Origin: Planctomycetota bacterium
GTDB lineage: Bacteria > Planctomycetota > UBA1135
Assembly (NCBI GenBank): GCA_021776795.1
Contig: JAJFFC010000007.1
Span: 4,824-68,823 of the forward strand
Direction: 5' to 3'
DNA: 64,000 nucleotides
The position numbers and the translations under genes are program-made. This document shows, piece after piece, positions 18,745 through 28,980 of the stretch. The notes under the pieces were generated by a model. It worked only from the letters and a program-made list of their open reading frames with translations, did no database searches and was not told the DNA's origin. Positions within the stretch are counted from its first letter, which is position 1. Each line of letters opens with the position of its first letter.

Positions 18745-20265
18745 CTAAAGAATCGTCTCCGTAAGAATCGCAGTCTTGAGTTGGAACTGCGCTGCTTGGA
18801 AGAAGATGGTGCGGCCCGAGGCGCCGACCGGCATGATGAAATCCCAAACCACTTCGCCGTTGGCGTCGGACGGGCGAGAAGTGAAGTAACTGCGCGGGGA
18901 GGTCAGGTCGAGATACACCTCGAGTGCCGGAACGAAGGTCGGACCATTGCCGAGACTGGTGGCGAAAATCCAAGTCGGTTGTCCTGGCGGCATAGCGATG
19001 GCCTTGAGCGAAGCAAACTGGCCAGCTTGCAGCGGCCCGGAGTTCACAATCACGGCCGGGACCTGTCCGGTGGAGTCGCCTTGGAATTCATTGGCGCCAA
19101 GATCGACCAGCGGGGCCAGGCCGGCGCCACTATCGGGGGTGCCGAGGTCATCGGCCGCTCTAGGCATGCCAAGAATGTCGAGCGTGCTGGTGACCAGCGT
19201 GGTGTCGCCGGCATCGATGCTTGGTGAACCCGCGCGCAGGCGGAAGTCATTGCTGTCCGCGCCGCGGAAACCAGGAGCCTGGTTGATGGTGCCTACACCC
19301 AAGTTCGGGCTAGCGCCTTGAATCAGGTTGTACTGCAGGGGACCGCCACCTTCGATTTGCGCGCCGCTGATGCTTGCGCTGTTCTCCCAGAAGATGTTGT
19401 TGGTCACGGTAGTGACCCCGACCACGCTGCCGCCTCGATAGAGGCCACCGCCGGCCATGCCGGCTTCGTTTGCATAAAAGGTGCAGTTGATGACGAGGTC
19501 GTCGGCTTCGTCGAGGTGAATCCCGGCGCCATCATTTGCCGCTTGATTGCTGGCAAAGACCGAATCCTGAACGGACAGGCTATAGCTGAGGCCATCGCCT
19601 GCAATTTGCTTCAATCCGCCGCCGGAGTCGGTGGCTTCGTTATTCAAGAAGGTGCACCGCACGATCGAGCAATCGCTATGATTGCGGTTGAGGTAAGCCC
19701 CGCCGCCATTCGCCGCGGTGTTGTCGCGGAATACGGTATCGGTGATGGTCACACTGCGCGCACTTTGCGCTTCGGCGACATAAACGCCTCCACCTAAGTT
19801 GAGGGCTAGATTGTCAGCAAAGGTAGAGTTGGTGATGACAATTTCCGCATCGGTTCCCGTGAAGGCCATGCCCGCACCGGTGTCGGCCATGTTGCCAGTG
19901 AAAACACAGTGATCTACGGTCAGGGCCGTGTCCGAGAACACACCGCCGCCGAGAACCGTGTCGCCCCCGGTGATGGTGAATCCCTGCAGGGTGCTAATCC
20001 CCACTCCCGAACTTCCTTGGTAGGTGATCACACTCTTCAAGAACCCTGAGCCATCAATCGTGGTGACCTGGGGGCCGCCACTGCTGGTCATGGTGATGGA
20101 CTTGCCGAGGAAAATGATTGATTCCGGGTATGTTCCCGGTGCGACCACAATGGTGTCGCCACTACCCGCCGCATTAATCGCCAACTGTAAAGTGGGGTAA
20201 TCCGCAGGGACTTGGATTGTGGTCGGCGCGGCTTGCGCCAAAGTTAAAACAAGAATAGAAAGCAT
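18745..20265 (-). CDS. secreted right-handed parallel beta-helix repeat protein
   Basis: Signal-like N-terminus and many G/N/T-rich ~22-25-aa repeats (e.g. [22 protein letters not shown]). Shared-type C-terminal module at 18748-19032. Confidence 0.65.
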   Translation of the reverse strand: MLSILVLTLAQAAPTTIQVPADYPTLQLAINAAGSGDTIVVAPGTYPESIIFLGKSITMTSSGGPQVTTIDGSGFLKSVITYQGSSGVGISTLQGFTITGGDTVLGGGVFSDTALTVDHCVFTGNMADTGAGMAFTGTDAEIVITNSTFADNLALNLGGGVYVAEAQSARSVTITDTVFRDNTAANGGGAYLNRNHSDCSIVRCTFLNNEATDSGGGLKQIAGDGLSYSLSVQDSVFASNQAANDGAGIHLDEADDLVINCTFYANEAGMAGGGLYRGGSVVGVTTVTNNIFWENSASISGAQIEGGGPLQYNLIQGASPNLGVGTINQAPGFRGADSNDFRLRAGSPSIDAGDTTLVTSTLDILGMPRAADDLGTPDSGAGLAPLVDLGANEFQGDSTGQVPAVIVNSGPLQAGQFASLKAIAMPPGQPTWIFATSLGNGPTFVPALEVYLDLTSPRSYFTSRPSDANGEVVWDFIMPVGASGRTIFFQAAQFQLKTAILTETIL

Positions 20266-20362
20266 AGGGCGCTTATTGTTGGGGGTTTCAGGGTCGGGGA
20301 CAATGCTTCCCCAATATATCAGGAATTCTCAAATGCGAATCGGTAGCCGCTACAATCCTCCT

Positions 20363-22045
20363 ATGACCCCAGCCACGTCGTCCCCGGCCCGTCTTGTCCT
20401 CGCTCCTGGCGCCCAGCCGAGCCTCACTGGCACACAATTGCACTGCAAGGATTGGCAGGCCGAGGGTGCTTTACGCATGTTTTTGAACAATTTACATGCC
20501 GATGTCGCCGAGCGCCCAGAAGACTTGGTGGTCTACGGCGGTACCGGCAAGGCCGCACGCGACTGGGAATCGGCGCAAAAGATCGTCGATACGCTGCAGC
20601 GGCTCGAAGCCAACGAGACCATGTTGGTGCAGTCGGGCAAGCCGGTCGCGGTGTTCCAGACCCACAAGCACGCGCCCAAGGTGTTGATTGCCAACTCCAA
20701 CTTGGTCGGCAAGTGGGCGAACTGGGATCACTTCCGTGAGCTCGAGCGCAAGGGCCTCATGATGTACGGGCAGATGACCGCGGGATCGTGGATTTACATC
20801 GGCACCCAGGGCATCTTGCAGGGAACTTATGAAACTCTGGCGGCCTTGGCCAATCGCAGTCATGGCGGTTCCTTGAAGGGAACTCTGACTGTGACTGGCG
20901 GTTGCGGCGGCATGGGCGGCGCGCAGCCTTTGGCGGTGACCATGAATGAAGGCACCTGCTTGCTTGCCGATGTCGACCCCACGCGTTTGGCTTTCCGCAA
21001 GCGCACGCGCTACTTAGATGAAGTGGTCGAAGGCATCGACCCGGCGATTGACCGCGCCCTGGAAGCCAAAGCCGCCAACGAAGCGGTGTCGATTGGTGTG
21101 GCGTGTAATGCCACTGAGTTATTGGCGCGTCTGATTGCGCGCGACATCACTCCGGAAGTGTTGACCGATCAAACTTCCGCGCATGACCCTTTGGGTGGTT
21201 ATGTCCCCGACGGCATGACCTTGGAAGCCGCACATGCCCTGCGCGAGTCCGATCCGGCCGAATACCAAGTGCACAGCTTCGCCACCATGGGCCGCCATGT
21301 GCGCGCCATGTTGGAGCTGCAGAAACGCGGCGCCGAAACCTTTGACTACGGCAACAACCTGCGCGCTTTTGCCCAGGAAGAAGCGGGCGTCGCAAACGCC
21401 TTTGACTTCCCGGGTTTTGTGCCGGCCTATATCCGCCCGCTGTTCTGCGAAGGCATGGGACCATTCCGTTGGGCGGCCTTGAGCGGTGATCCGGAAGACA
21501 TCCGCAAAACCGACGAAGCCATCCTGCGCTTGTTCCCGCACAAGAAGAGTTTGGTGCGCTGGATCAAGATGGCGCAAGAGCGCGTGGCCTTCCAGGGATT
21601 GCCGAGTCGCATTTGCTGGTTGGGTTATGGCGAACGGCATATCGCTGGTTTGGAATTCAACCGCATGGTCCGCGATGGTGAACTGTCTGCACCGATTGTG
21701 CTCGGCCGCGACCACTTAGATTGCGGCAGTGTCGCGAGTCCCAACCGTGAAACCGAAGCGATGAAAGACGGCACCGATGCCGTCGCCGATTGGCCCTTGC
21801 TCAACGGCATGGTCGCGGTGGCAAGTGGCGCGAGTTGGGTCAGCATGCACCACGGCGGGGGAGTCGGCATTGGCTATAGCCAACACTCTGGCCAGGTCTG
21901 CGTCTGCGACGGCACCGCCGAAATGGACGAGCGCCTAGAAGCCGTACTGACCAACGACCCCGGCATGGGCGTCGTCCGCCACGTCGACGCCGGCTACGAA
22001 GAAGCCACCGCCACGCAACAAGAACGTGGTGTGGATATTCCTTAG
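20363..22045 (+). CDS. hutU: urocanate hydratase
   Basis: 560 aa from ATG 20363, with the family-typical segments [27 protein letters not shown] and [10 protein letters not shown]. The tracked ORF start at 20219 overlaps the divergent gene. Confidence 0.9.
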   Translation: MTPATSSPARLVLAPGAQPSLTGTQLHCKDWQAEGALRMFLNNLHADVAERPEDLVVYGGTGKAARDWESAQKIVDTLQRLEANETMLVQSGKPVAVFQTHKHAPKVLIANSNLVGKWANWDHFRELERKGLMMYGQMTAGSWIYIGTQGILQGTYETLAALANRSHGGSLKGTLTVTGGCGGMGGAQPLAVTMNEGTCLLADVDPTRLAFRKRTRYLDEVVEGIDPAIDRALEAKAANEAVSIGVACNATELLARLIARDITPEVLTDQTSAHDPLGGYVPDGMTLEAAHALRESDPAEYQVHSFATMGRHVRAMLELQKRGAETFDYGNNLRAFAQEEAGVANAFDFPGFVPAYIRPLFCEGMGPFRWAALSGDPEDIRKTDEAILRLFPHKKSLVRWIKMAQERVAFQGLPSRICWLGYGERHIAGLEFNRMVRDGELSAPIVLGRDHLDCGSVASPNRETEAMKDGTDAVADWPLLNGMVAVASGASWVSMHHGGGVGIGYSQHSGQVCVCDGTAEMDERLEAVLTNDPGMGVVRHVDAGYEEATATQQERGVDIP

Positions 22046-22107
22046 TCGCAGCCAATTCGATAACGGCTTTCCCAGGCAGCCTCAGCAATTGGGCGTAAAC
22101 TCGTAGG

Positions 22108-23934
22108 ATGCGCCTCCTCTTTGCCGCCACTCTCGTCACCCTTGCCCTGACGCCCGCCGCTACTGCCACCGCCGCCCAATGGAGCGCAGATGCCGGCAGC
22201 AACACTGCCGTGGTCACACGCAGTGGCGATCAGGCTTTGCCCAAATCTGCTGCCACAAGTGATGGCGGGCGATGGGTCGCTTGGTTCGACAATGCTTCTG
22301 GCAATTACGATGTCTACGCCCAGCGCTATGACAGTCAGGGCAACGAACTGTTGGCGCCCGGCGGCCTGTTGGTGAGCGCAAACGCGCAGTCTTCGAGCTT
22401 GGTCAACTGGGATCTCATCGCCGACTCAGGCGATAACGCGGTCATCGTCTTTACTGACACCCGCACCGGTGGCGACCTCGATGTCTACGCCTATCGCATG
22501 TCTTCTAACGGCACCTTTCTCTGGGGGCCGAATGGCGTGGCGCTCTCCAGCAACGCCGATTTTGAAGCTGACCCGATGGTGGCCGAGGCAAACAACGGTG
22601 ACTTTGTGGTGGTGTGGAGCTTCCTCGGAGGAGTTTCCACCGTGCGCATGCAACGCCTCACTGCGGCCGGCACTCCAACCTTGGCCCTCGGTGGCCAGAA
22701 CATTGTGGTCGAGGCCGGCGCTTCCCCGGGTTTCCCGCGCGTGATCCCGAGCAGCGGCAACGATGTCATCGTGAGTTGGGTGCGCGACATCAACTTCTTC
22801 ACCAGCATCAAGCACTTGCGCGCGCAGGCATTTGATGCCGCGGGCGCGCCAACGTGGGCGCTTCCGGTAGAGGTCCACAACGCCTACAACCTGTCCTTTG
22901 CCTACAGTCCGCAACTTGCGTCGGATGGTGCAGGCGGTGCCATTTTGTGTTGGCACGCTAGTAATCCTGGGCGCGGCGGCTTGTTTGAGGCCTTTGTGCA
23001 GCACCTAAGCCCTGCTGGAAGTGAGCTCCTTCCGTCAGGCGGAACCATGCTGTCGAGCGCGGTGGGCATGAACCACCTCGATCCACAAGCAGCCTTCAAC
23101 CCCAGCACCGGCGACATCATTGCCTTCTGGAGCGAGAAGGATGGCGGTCAATCCCAAAGTGGTTGGTTCGCCCAGTCGGTGTCCTCGGCCGGCACCCTGA
23201 ACTGGGGCGCCAATGGCAAACAAATCCTGCCTGTTGACTCTGCCACCAAGTACCTGAGCTATGTCGAGGCACTCGGCGATGGCGCGGTGGGCGTGTTGGG
23301 TTGGGCTCCCAGCGGCGGCTTTGGTGCCGACGAAATCATCGCCACTCGCCTCGATGCCGCGGGCACCGAAGTGTGGGGTGGGCCGATCGCGCTCAAGACC
23401 ACACCGAGCAACCAGTCGACGCGGCTTGCGCTTTCGGTGGGCGGCGATGATGTCGCCGTGGTGTTCTGGGAAGACGCACGCAACGGCAACGATGACATTT
23501 ATGCGCAAAACATCCATGCCGATGGCAGCTTAGGCACCGACTATCTGCAACTCGACACCGCAGCCGTTTCGCTGTTCTTCGGCGGCACCGCCACCCTGTT
23601 CTTCGACGCCGGCTCCGCCCATGCCGGCGAGACTTATGTCGTGCTCGGCAGCAACACCGGAACCGTGCCCGGCATCAACGGCCGCGGGCTGCACCTGGAT
23701 TTGAATGCAGGCCCATACTTCCAGCTCACGCTCAACAACCCAACCTACCCTCTGTTTACGGGTTTCCGCGGGGTTTTGGATAGCCAAGGCCGGGCCAGCG
23801 CCAGCGTGGAGTTCCCAGCAGGCAGCAATCCCGCTCTCATCGGGAGTGTGCTCGGCCATGCGGTTGCTGTGCTTGATGCAGGCGGCCTCGGCGTACTTGC
23901 GAGTGAAACCGAAAGCTTCACGCTGCTGCCTTAG
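22108..23934 (+). CDS. secreted repeat protein of unknown function
   Basis: Signal peptide (MRLLFAATLVTLALTPAATATA) and internal degenerate repeats (…DVYAQR/DVYAYR/DIYAQN…). Shared C-terminal module at 23545-23931. Confidence 0.55.
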   Translation: MRLLFAATLVTLALTPAATATAAQWSADAGSNTAVVTRSGDQALPKSAATSDGGRWVAWFDNASGNYDVYAQRYDSQGNELLAPGGLLVSANAQSSSLVNWDLIADSGDNAVIVFTDTRTGGDLDVYAYRMSSNGTFLWGPNGVALSSNADFEADPMVAEANNGDFVVVWSFLGGVSTVRMQRLTAAGTPTLALGGQNIVVEAGASPGFPRVIPSSGNDVIVSWVRDINFFTSIKHLRAQAFDAAGAPTWALPVEVHNAYNLSFAYSPQLASDGAGGAILCWHASNPGRGGLFEAFVQHLSPAGSELLPSGGTMLSSAVGMNHLDPQAAFNPSTGDIIAFWSEKDGGQSQSGWFAQSVSSAGTLNWGANGKQILPVDSATKYLSYVEALGDGAVGVLGWAPSGGFGADEIIATRLDAAGTEVWGGPIALKTTPSNQSTRLALSVGGDDVAVVFWEDARNGNDDIYAQNIHADGSLGTDYLQLDTAAVSLFFGGTATLFFDAGSAHAGETYVVLGSNTGTVPGINGRGLHLDLNAGPYFQLTLNNPTYPLFTGFRGVLDSQGRASASVEFPAGSNPALIGSVLGHAVAVLDAGGLGVLASETESFTLLP

Positions 23935-25625
23935 TCTTCCGCAACATCCATATAGAAGTTGCGGTCGAGCTCGAGGGTCTTCAGCTTCGACTTCAAAGCA
24001 ATCACCGTCGGTTGTTCGGAAATCATCACGCGTTGCGCCTTGCCATTGAGGTGCAGCACCACGGGGGCTTTGAAGCCGGGCACGACGCGATCGAACCACA
24101 CCAACACCGATTTGTCCTTGGCCGCGTACTTCACTAATGGCAAATCCTTGGTGCGCAAGTACTGATCAAACACCAAGCTGAAATCAAAGCCAGAGACGCT
24201 GCTGATGTAAGCCTCGACCTCGGCCGTGGTCACGGTCTTGTGCCAGAACTCACTCTGAATCCCGCGTAAGACGGCGAGCCACTTGTCGTCGTCATTCAGC
24301 ATGTGGCGCATGGTGTGCAAAATGTTCGCACCCTTGGGGTACATATCGCTCGAGCCGCGGTTGTTGAGGCCGGTCTTACCAATGATCGGCTTGTCATTGT
24401 CAATGCCCTTGCGCAGACCCGCGTTGTAGATCTCGGCATCGTCCCTGCCGAAGTGATACTCGACATAAAGACTCTCCGCGTAAGTGCCGAAACCCTCGTG
24501 AATCCACATGTCGGCGGCGTCCTTCATCGACACGTTGTTGCCCCACCACTCGTGCGCGGCCTCATGAATGATGATGTAGTCGAACTTGAGCCCCACGCCG
24601 GTATCGCTCAAATCGCGCCCGCGGTAGCCATTCTTGAACTCGTTGCCATAAGTGACCGAACTCTGGTGCTCCATGCCGAGGTAAGGCACCACCACCAGCT
24701 TGTAACTGTCCTCATAGAAGGGGTACTTGCCGAACCAATGCTCAAAGGCCTCAATCGTCATGGGCAGCTGCTTGAATTGCTCCTTGGCTCGTTTCTCCTG
24801 GCCCTTGAGGACCCAGTACTCGAGATCGAGCTTGCCGTGCTCGCCTTGGTAGGTGTCCTGCCAGCTGACGTAGTTGCCGATGTTGAAGTTCACGCAGTAG
24901 TTGTTGATGGGTTGCGTGACTTTCCAGTGAAAGGTCGAGGTCTTGGCTTTCTTGTCTTTGCTCTGCTCGATCAATCGCCCGTTCGCCACGGCAGTGAGTC
25001 CCTTCGGCACCGTCACGCGGATGTCCACGCCCAGATCCGGTTCGTCCGCGCCATGATCCTTGTTCGGCCACCAGATACTCGCGCCGATGCCCTGGCAGGT
25101 GGTGGCAATGAAGGGTTTGCCGGAGTCATCCTTTTGCCAAGTGAGGCCGCCGCTCCAAGGTGGATTCTTGCTCTCGACGGGAACGCCTTCGTAATCAATC
25201 CGAATCTGGTCTTCCACACCAGCCGCGAGTTCCTCAGGGAACTGAATCCAATAGACCTTGCCCTCACGCTCAAAGCTCAGCTCGGTTTCGCCATGAGTCA
25301 CCCGCGTAATCGCAAGCGGCGGCTGCAGGTCAATCTGCATGCGCTCGCCTGGAGCCACCGTGCGGAAGGAAATGATGTTCGACCCCGCCAAGCTCTTGGT
25401 CTCCGGGAAGACCTGCAGCGAAAGGTCATAGTGCTGGAGGTCCCACCAAGACCGCTCCGGCCCGATGGACCCTCGCAGTTGATCCGCTCGCGTGAAGCCC
25501 TCGGGGATGGGGGCTTGTTGTGGGGCGGGGTCTTGGGGTGCGGTGTTGGCAAAGGCAGGCGTCGTCCAGAACGACGAGAACGACAAAACGGCAAGCAAAA
25601 ACGACCTGGAGGCGGAGCGGTGCAT
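23931..25625 (-). CDS. secreted M1-family zinc metallopeptidase (aminopeptidase N-like)
   Basis: HEAAHEWWGN (HExxH) followed by WIHEGFGTY (the downstream Glu ligand), plus an N-terminal signal peptide. Confidence 0.85.
   Translation of the reverse strand: MHRSASRSFLLAVLSFSSFWTTPAFANTAPQDPAPQQAPIPEGFTRADQLRGSIGPERSWWDLQHYDLSLQVFPETKSLAGSNIISFRTVAPGERMQIDLQPPLAITRVTHGETELSFEREGKVYWIQFPEELAAGVEDQIRIDYEGVPVESKNPPWSGGLTWQKDDSGKPFIATTCQGIGASIWWPNKDHGADEPDLGVDIRVTVPKGLTAVANGRLIEQSKDKKAKTSTFHWKVTQPINNYCVNFNIGNYVSWQDTYQGEHGKLDLEYWVLKGQEKRAKEQFKQLPMTIEAFEHWFGKYPFYEDSYKLVVVPYLGMEHQSSVTYGNEFKNGYRGRDLSDTGVGLKFDYIIIHEAAHEWWGNNVSMKDAADMWIHEGFGTYAESLYVEYHFGRDDAEIYNAGLRKGIDNDKPIIGKTGLNNRGSSDMYPKGANILHTMRHMLNDDDKWLAVLRGIQSEFWHKTVTTAEVEAYISSVSGFDFSLVFDQYLRTKDLPLVKYAAKDKSVLVWFDRVVPGFKAPVVLHLNGKAQRVMISEQPTVIALKSKLKTLELDRNFYMDVAED
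24576..25525. repeat. segment of the intact M1 peptidase gene that is duplicated at 28031-28878
   Basis: Long near-identical nucleotide runs are shared with 28031-28878 in the same orientation, e.g. gtagtcgaactt...cacgccggtatcgctcaaatcgcgcccgcggta. Confidence 0.75.
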
Positions 25626-25691
25626 GTGTGTAAAGAATAGGCATCGAGCCGATTTCCTGCCATTCGCCGATGCTGTCGGTAGGTAGGCCCC

Positions 25692-27305
25692 TTAAGTAGG
25701 CATCTCGTTCAGCGGCACGACGGAAAGTTCTAAATCTGGGGAGAAGCTGGTCCGATGGTGCCTGTAATAGGGTAAATTTAACTTTTTCAGTTGCGTGCGG
25801 CAGTATTTCATCGCTTGGCGGCTGCCGGCGAGAAGGCAAAGCTGGCCGGGGGAGCAAAGAAGCCAGGCAACGGGAATTGCGGGCAGGGAAAGGTAAGAGG
25901 CATCTTCAGGGTCACGGTCAGGATCTGCGAGCATCCAAATGGCCGGGTCCACCTGGTGGAACACCGAGCTGCTGGTAAAAGCGGCCATGCAGCCGTCGGC
26001 CAAATCTTCGGTGCCTACCAGCAGACTAGAACCTGGTTCCCAGGGTGCGCCGCGAAAGGTGGCTAGTGGGAATTGCGGCATTTCTCCGGCGTCTTGGATC
26101 ATCGCCCAAAAGGCGAAGAATAGGGGTGCCGCTGGTTTGAGAAGTTGGACGCGGTCCTCCGGCTCTCCTCCCTGATGAAGACACGCTTGCTGCAAATGGT
26201 GCATTAGGTGCTGGTATTCCTCTTCCGCAAAGGGCCCGTGCAGAAACTCGCCGCGGAGGACTTGGTTCTTGCCGTTAGAGATAACCCGGGCAAAAAGGAG
26301 TTCCCCATCTCCGATGGATTCCCAGCCGGGCAGGGCTTCGACTTCCACCAGCTTTTTCTCGACAAGGCTAAACAACAGCAGGACACCGTCCTTGTCCGCC
26401 GCCTCGGTGAGATAGGGGGCCATCGGCTCGTGAAACATGGCCATGAGGAAGCGTTGTGCTCCCTCAGGAAGCGCGGGATGGGCGCGGATCAATTCCGGGA
26501 TAAAGGGTTTGTCGTGCTCTAGAATCATGTCGAAAGCAGCGTGATCGCGAATCAGCCCGCGAAATCCGCTCACTCGGTCAGCTACCGAGTCATTGGCTGC
26601 AGTCAACGCAGCGTCGCTGACACTCATGACCTCTTTCGCTGCCTCCAAGGAATCTCGCCACTGTGGCTGCAACAAGAAGGATTCCACCGTAGCCCAAGCA
26701 AGCTGCTCCTCGAGAGCGGACCAGGCAAGCGTGGTCCCGGAGTTTTGCTGAGCAAGGGCCCGCATGTCAGCTTGATGCTCCTCGAGATTGAAGGCATCGG
26801 GGGTCCACCCTGGCGCCATGCCAGCCTCTTCCGCCCATTCGAGCGCATCTGGATCCTTTGTCCGCAGTCGTTCCAGGAAGCGCTGGTAGCCATATATTCC
26901 TCCGCAATCCTCCGGCGGACAAGCGCGCCTGCCTGCGAGCAAACGTGGCAGCGCAGCGTAGTCCTCCTGCGTCAGCTCCACCCGTTTCTCCAGGCGCAGC
27001 ACATGCTCCCAGTCGTCGCCGAAGTCATAGTCGTAAGTCAAGGTGGACTGGACGGTGCGCAGCAGCTCGCCGATGCTGACGCTATCTTCCGGCTCCATGC
27101 CAGAAAGCGAATCCTGGTCGTTGCAGAAACGACGCTCGCCCTGGCGAAAGCCATGCAAGTGGCTATCGGTCCAGCCAAAGGCTCCCTGCAGATAGAAATG
27201 CAGCTGCGCCAAGGTAGTGTCAGCGGGTACCAGGATGCGGCGCCAAATCGGTGGCGAGGCGTCCTTCAAGTCGATGCGAATCTGCAGGGCCATCGTCTTC
27301 ATCAT
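25692..27305 (-). CDS. pRiA4b ORF-3-like (MM3350-like) domain protein with a ~400-aa C-terminal extension
   Basis: N-terminus LQIRIDLKDASPPIWRRILVPADTTLAQLHFYLQGAFGWTDSHLH...DYDFGDDWEH matches the plasmid pRiA4b ORF-3 family as I remember it. The remainder is unassigned. Confidence 0.65.
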   Translation of the reverse strand: MMKTMALQIRIDLKDASPPIWRRILVPADTTLAQLHFYLQGAFGWTDSHLHGFRQGERRFCNDQDSLSGMEPEDSVSIGELLRTVQSTLTYDYDFGDDWEHVLRLEKRVELTQEDYAALPRLLAGRRACPPEDCGGIYGYQRFLERLRTKDPDALEWAEEAGMAPGWTPDAFNLEEHQADMRALAQQNSGTTLAWSALEEQLAWATVESFLLQPQWRDSLEAAKEVMSVSDAALTAANDSVADRVSGFRGLIRDHAAFDMILEHDKPFIPELIRAHPALPEGAQRFLMAMFHEPMAPYLTEAADKDGVLLLFSLVEKKLVEVEALPGWESIGDGELLFARVISNGKNQVLRGEFLHGPFAEEEYQHLMHHLQQACLHQGGEPEDRVQLLKPAAPLFFAFWAMIQDAGEMPQFPLATFRGAPWEPGSSLLVGTEDLADGCMAAFTSSSVFHQVDPAIWMLADPDRDPEDASYLSLPAIPVAWLLCSPGQLCLLAGSRQAMKYCRTQLKKLNLPYYRHHRTSFSPDLELSVVPLNEMPT

Positions 27306-27314
27306 GGCCCTATT

Positions 27315-27893
27315 TTAGGCAAGCTCGGAGGAATCCTTCGCCGCCATTTCGGGCGTCTTTCTCCCCTCAAGGCTAGGGGAGCTCTGATTAATTCGTGTCG
27401 GCACCGCTTTGGCGTCCTGCAGAATCCGCGAGCAATCCTGAGACTCAAGAAAGGCGCTCAGTTTCGCGATAACCCTGTCGTCTTTGCGATTTTTCCCCAA
27501 GGCCCTGATTGCTTGGAGCAGAAGCGTCCCCTTCTTTGTCCTTAAGGCAGCCTCCTTGAGCGGAACCCTCCGGAATTCCAGGGTTTGATAGCCCAAGAAG
27601 ATTCAGGGCAACGTTGCCTGTAGGTTGGATGCGCCAACTGAATTCCCGGGCGAGAGCCTGAGAGACTTGGTGGAAATCCGGCGAGCGTTAGGTCTCTGCG
27701 CTGAGACCTTTGGGGGTTAGTCATAGATACCTCTCATGACTCGGCGAATGACGCCGGAGGCGGCCAGTCTGGAGAGAGCTCTCTGGGTGCCACCGGGCGG
27801 GAAATTCGCGGAAAAATCGATTTTGGGAAATGTCCAACCCCTCCCGCGTCCATAGAGGCGTGCAAGGACTTTACTTTTGAGGCTTTGTGACAT
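27315..27893 (-). pseudogene. DUF6088 / AbiEi-like antitoxin-type gene interrupted by two in-frame stop codons
   Basis: A single reading frame of 193 codons runs from ATG 27893 to the stop at 27315. It is broken only by TAA (27717-27719) and TGA (27603-27605). The N-terminus RGRGWTFPKIDF...ALSRLAASGVIRRVMRGIYD and the C-terminal part GYQTLEFRRV...LLLQAIRALGKNRKDD resemble DUF6088/AbiEi N-terminal-domain proteins. Confidence 0.5.
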
Positions 27894-28030
27894 TATTAAG
27901 TAGTCTGATTTGTCTGGAAAAGGGTACTCTTTTTCGGACAGTTGGAGGGGGCATAGCAATCTAATATGGCACCGATGTGCAACATCACCGGCAGATTCTT
28001 CGTGCGCGAGTACTGGACAAGCATCAGGCC

Positions 28031-28980
28031 GTAGTCGAACTTCATCCCACGCCGGTATCGCTCAAATCGCGCCCGCGGTAACCGTTCTTGAACTCGTTGC
28101 CATAAGTGACCGAACTCTGGTGCTCCATGCCGAGATAAGGCACCACCACCAGCTTGAAACTGTCCTCATAGAAGGGGTACTTGCCGAACCAATGCTCAAA
28201 GGCCTCAATCGTCATGGGCAGCTGCTGGAACTGCTCCTTGGCTTGCTTCTCCTGGCCCTTGAGGACCCAGTATTCGAGATCGAGCTTGCCGTGCTCGCCT
28301 TTGTAGGTGTCCGCCCAACTCACATAGTTGCCGATGTTGACGTTCACGCAGTAGTTGCTGATCGGCTTGGTGACTTTCCAGTGAAAGGTCGAGGTCTTGG
28401 CTTTCTTGTCTTTGGTTTCCTCGATCAGGCGCCCGTTCGCCACTGCAGTGAGTCCTTTCGGCACGGTCACCCTGATATCCACACCGCGGTCCGGTTCATC
28501 TGCACCATGGAGCGGCGGATTCTTGCTCTCGACGGGGACGCCTTCGTAATCAATCCGAATCTGATCTTCCACACCAGCCGCGAGTTCTTCAGGGAACTGA
28601 ATCCAGTACACCTTGCCCTCGCGCTCAAAGCTCAGCTCGGTTTCGCCATGAGTCACCCGCGTAATCGCAAGCGGCGGCTGCAAGTCAATCTGCATGCGCT
28701 TCCCAGCAGCCACAGTGCGGAAGGAAATGATGTTCGACCCCGCCAAGCTCTTCTTCTCCGGGAAGACCTGCACCGAAAGGTCATAGTGCTGCAAGTCCCA
28801 CCACGACCGCTCCGGCCCGATGGAGCCCCGAAGCTGATCCGCCCGCGTGAAGCCCTCAGGGATAGGGGCTTGTTGGGGGGCGAGGGCTGCGGCGGAGGCA
28901 GGAGCCGCAAATGCCAGAACAGTGAGAAGGACCGAGGTGTTGGCGAGGCGGTGCATGGGGTACTGAGGATAGGGGGACAA
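28031..28980 (-). pseudogene. truncated paralog of the M1 metallopeptidase (lacks the HExxH catalytic half)
   Basis: By eye most residues are identical to residues ~36-345 of the 23931-25625 product, with scattered substitutions. There is an in-frame loss of ~33 residues (WSGGLTWQ...WWPNKD) and a 1-nt deletion giving a stop right after DTGVG. Homology ends after the ...KFDY codons, before the zinc motif. Confidence 0.75.

Noticed and set aside
453-22045. Possible hut operon (hutH at 453, hutU at 20363)
   Set aside because: The two genes are ~18 kb apart and separated by unrelated genes on both strands. No hutI, hutG, hutF or hutC was recognised in the window, so this is not an operon.
24303-25640. 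Long plus-strand ORFs (24303-25640, 445 aa; likewise 27910-29043, 377 aa) opposite the M1 peptidase copies
   Set aside because: These are shadow ORFs on the antisense strand of genes with clear HExxH/M1 family signatures. Their products are low-complexity and Arg/Ala/Gly/Val-rich, as is typical of high-GC antisense frames.
26541-27545. 334-aa plus-strand ORF overlapping the pRiA4b-ORF3-like gene and the DUF6088-like pseudogene
   Set aside because: It lies antisense to a gene with a recognisable family N-terminus, has no motifs, and spans two unrelated genes and their intergenic region.
27542-27724. 60-aa ORF between the two halves of the DUF6088-like gene
   Set aside because: It is in a different frame from the 193-codon family-length frame. 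It is better explained as noise inside the pseudogene.
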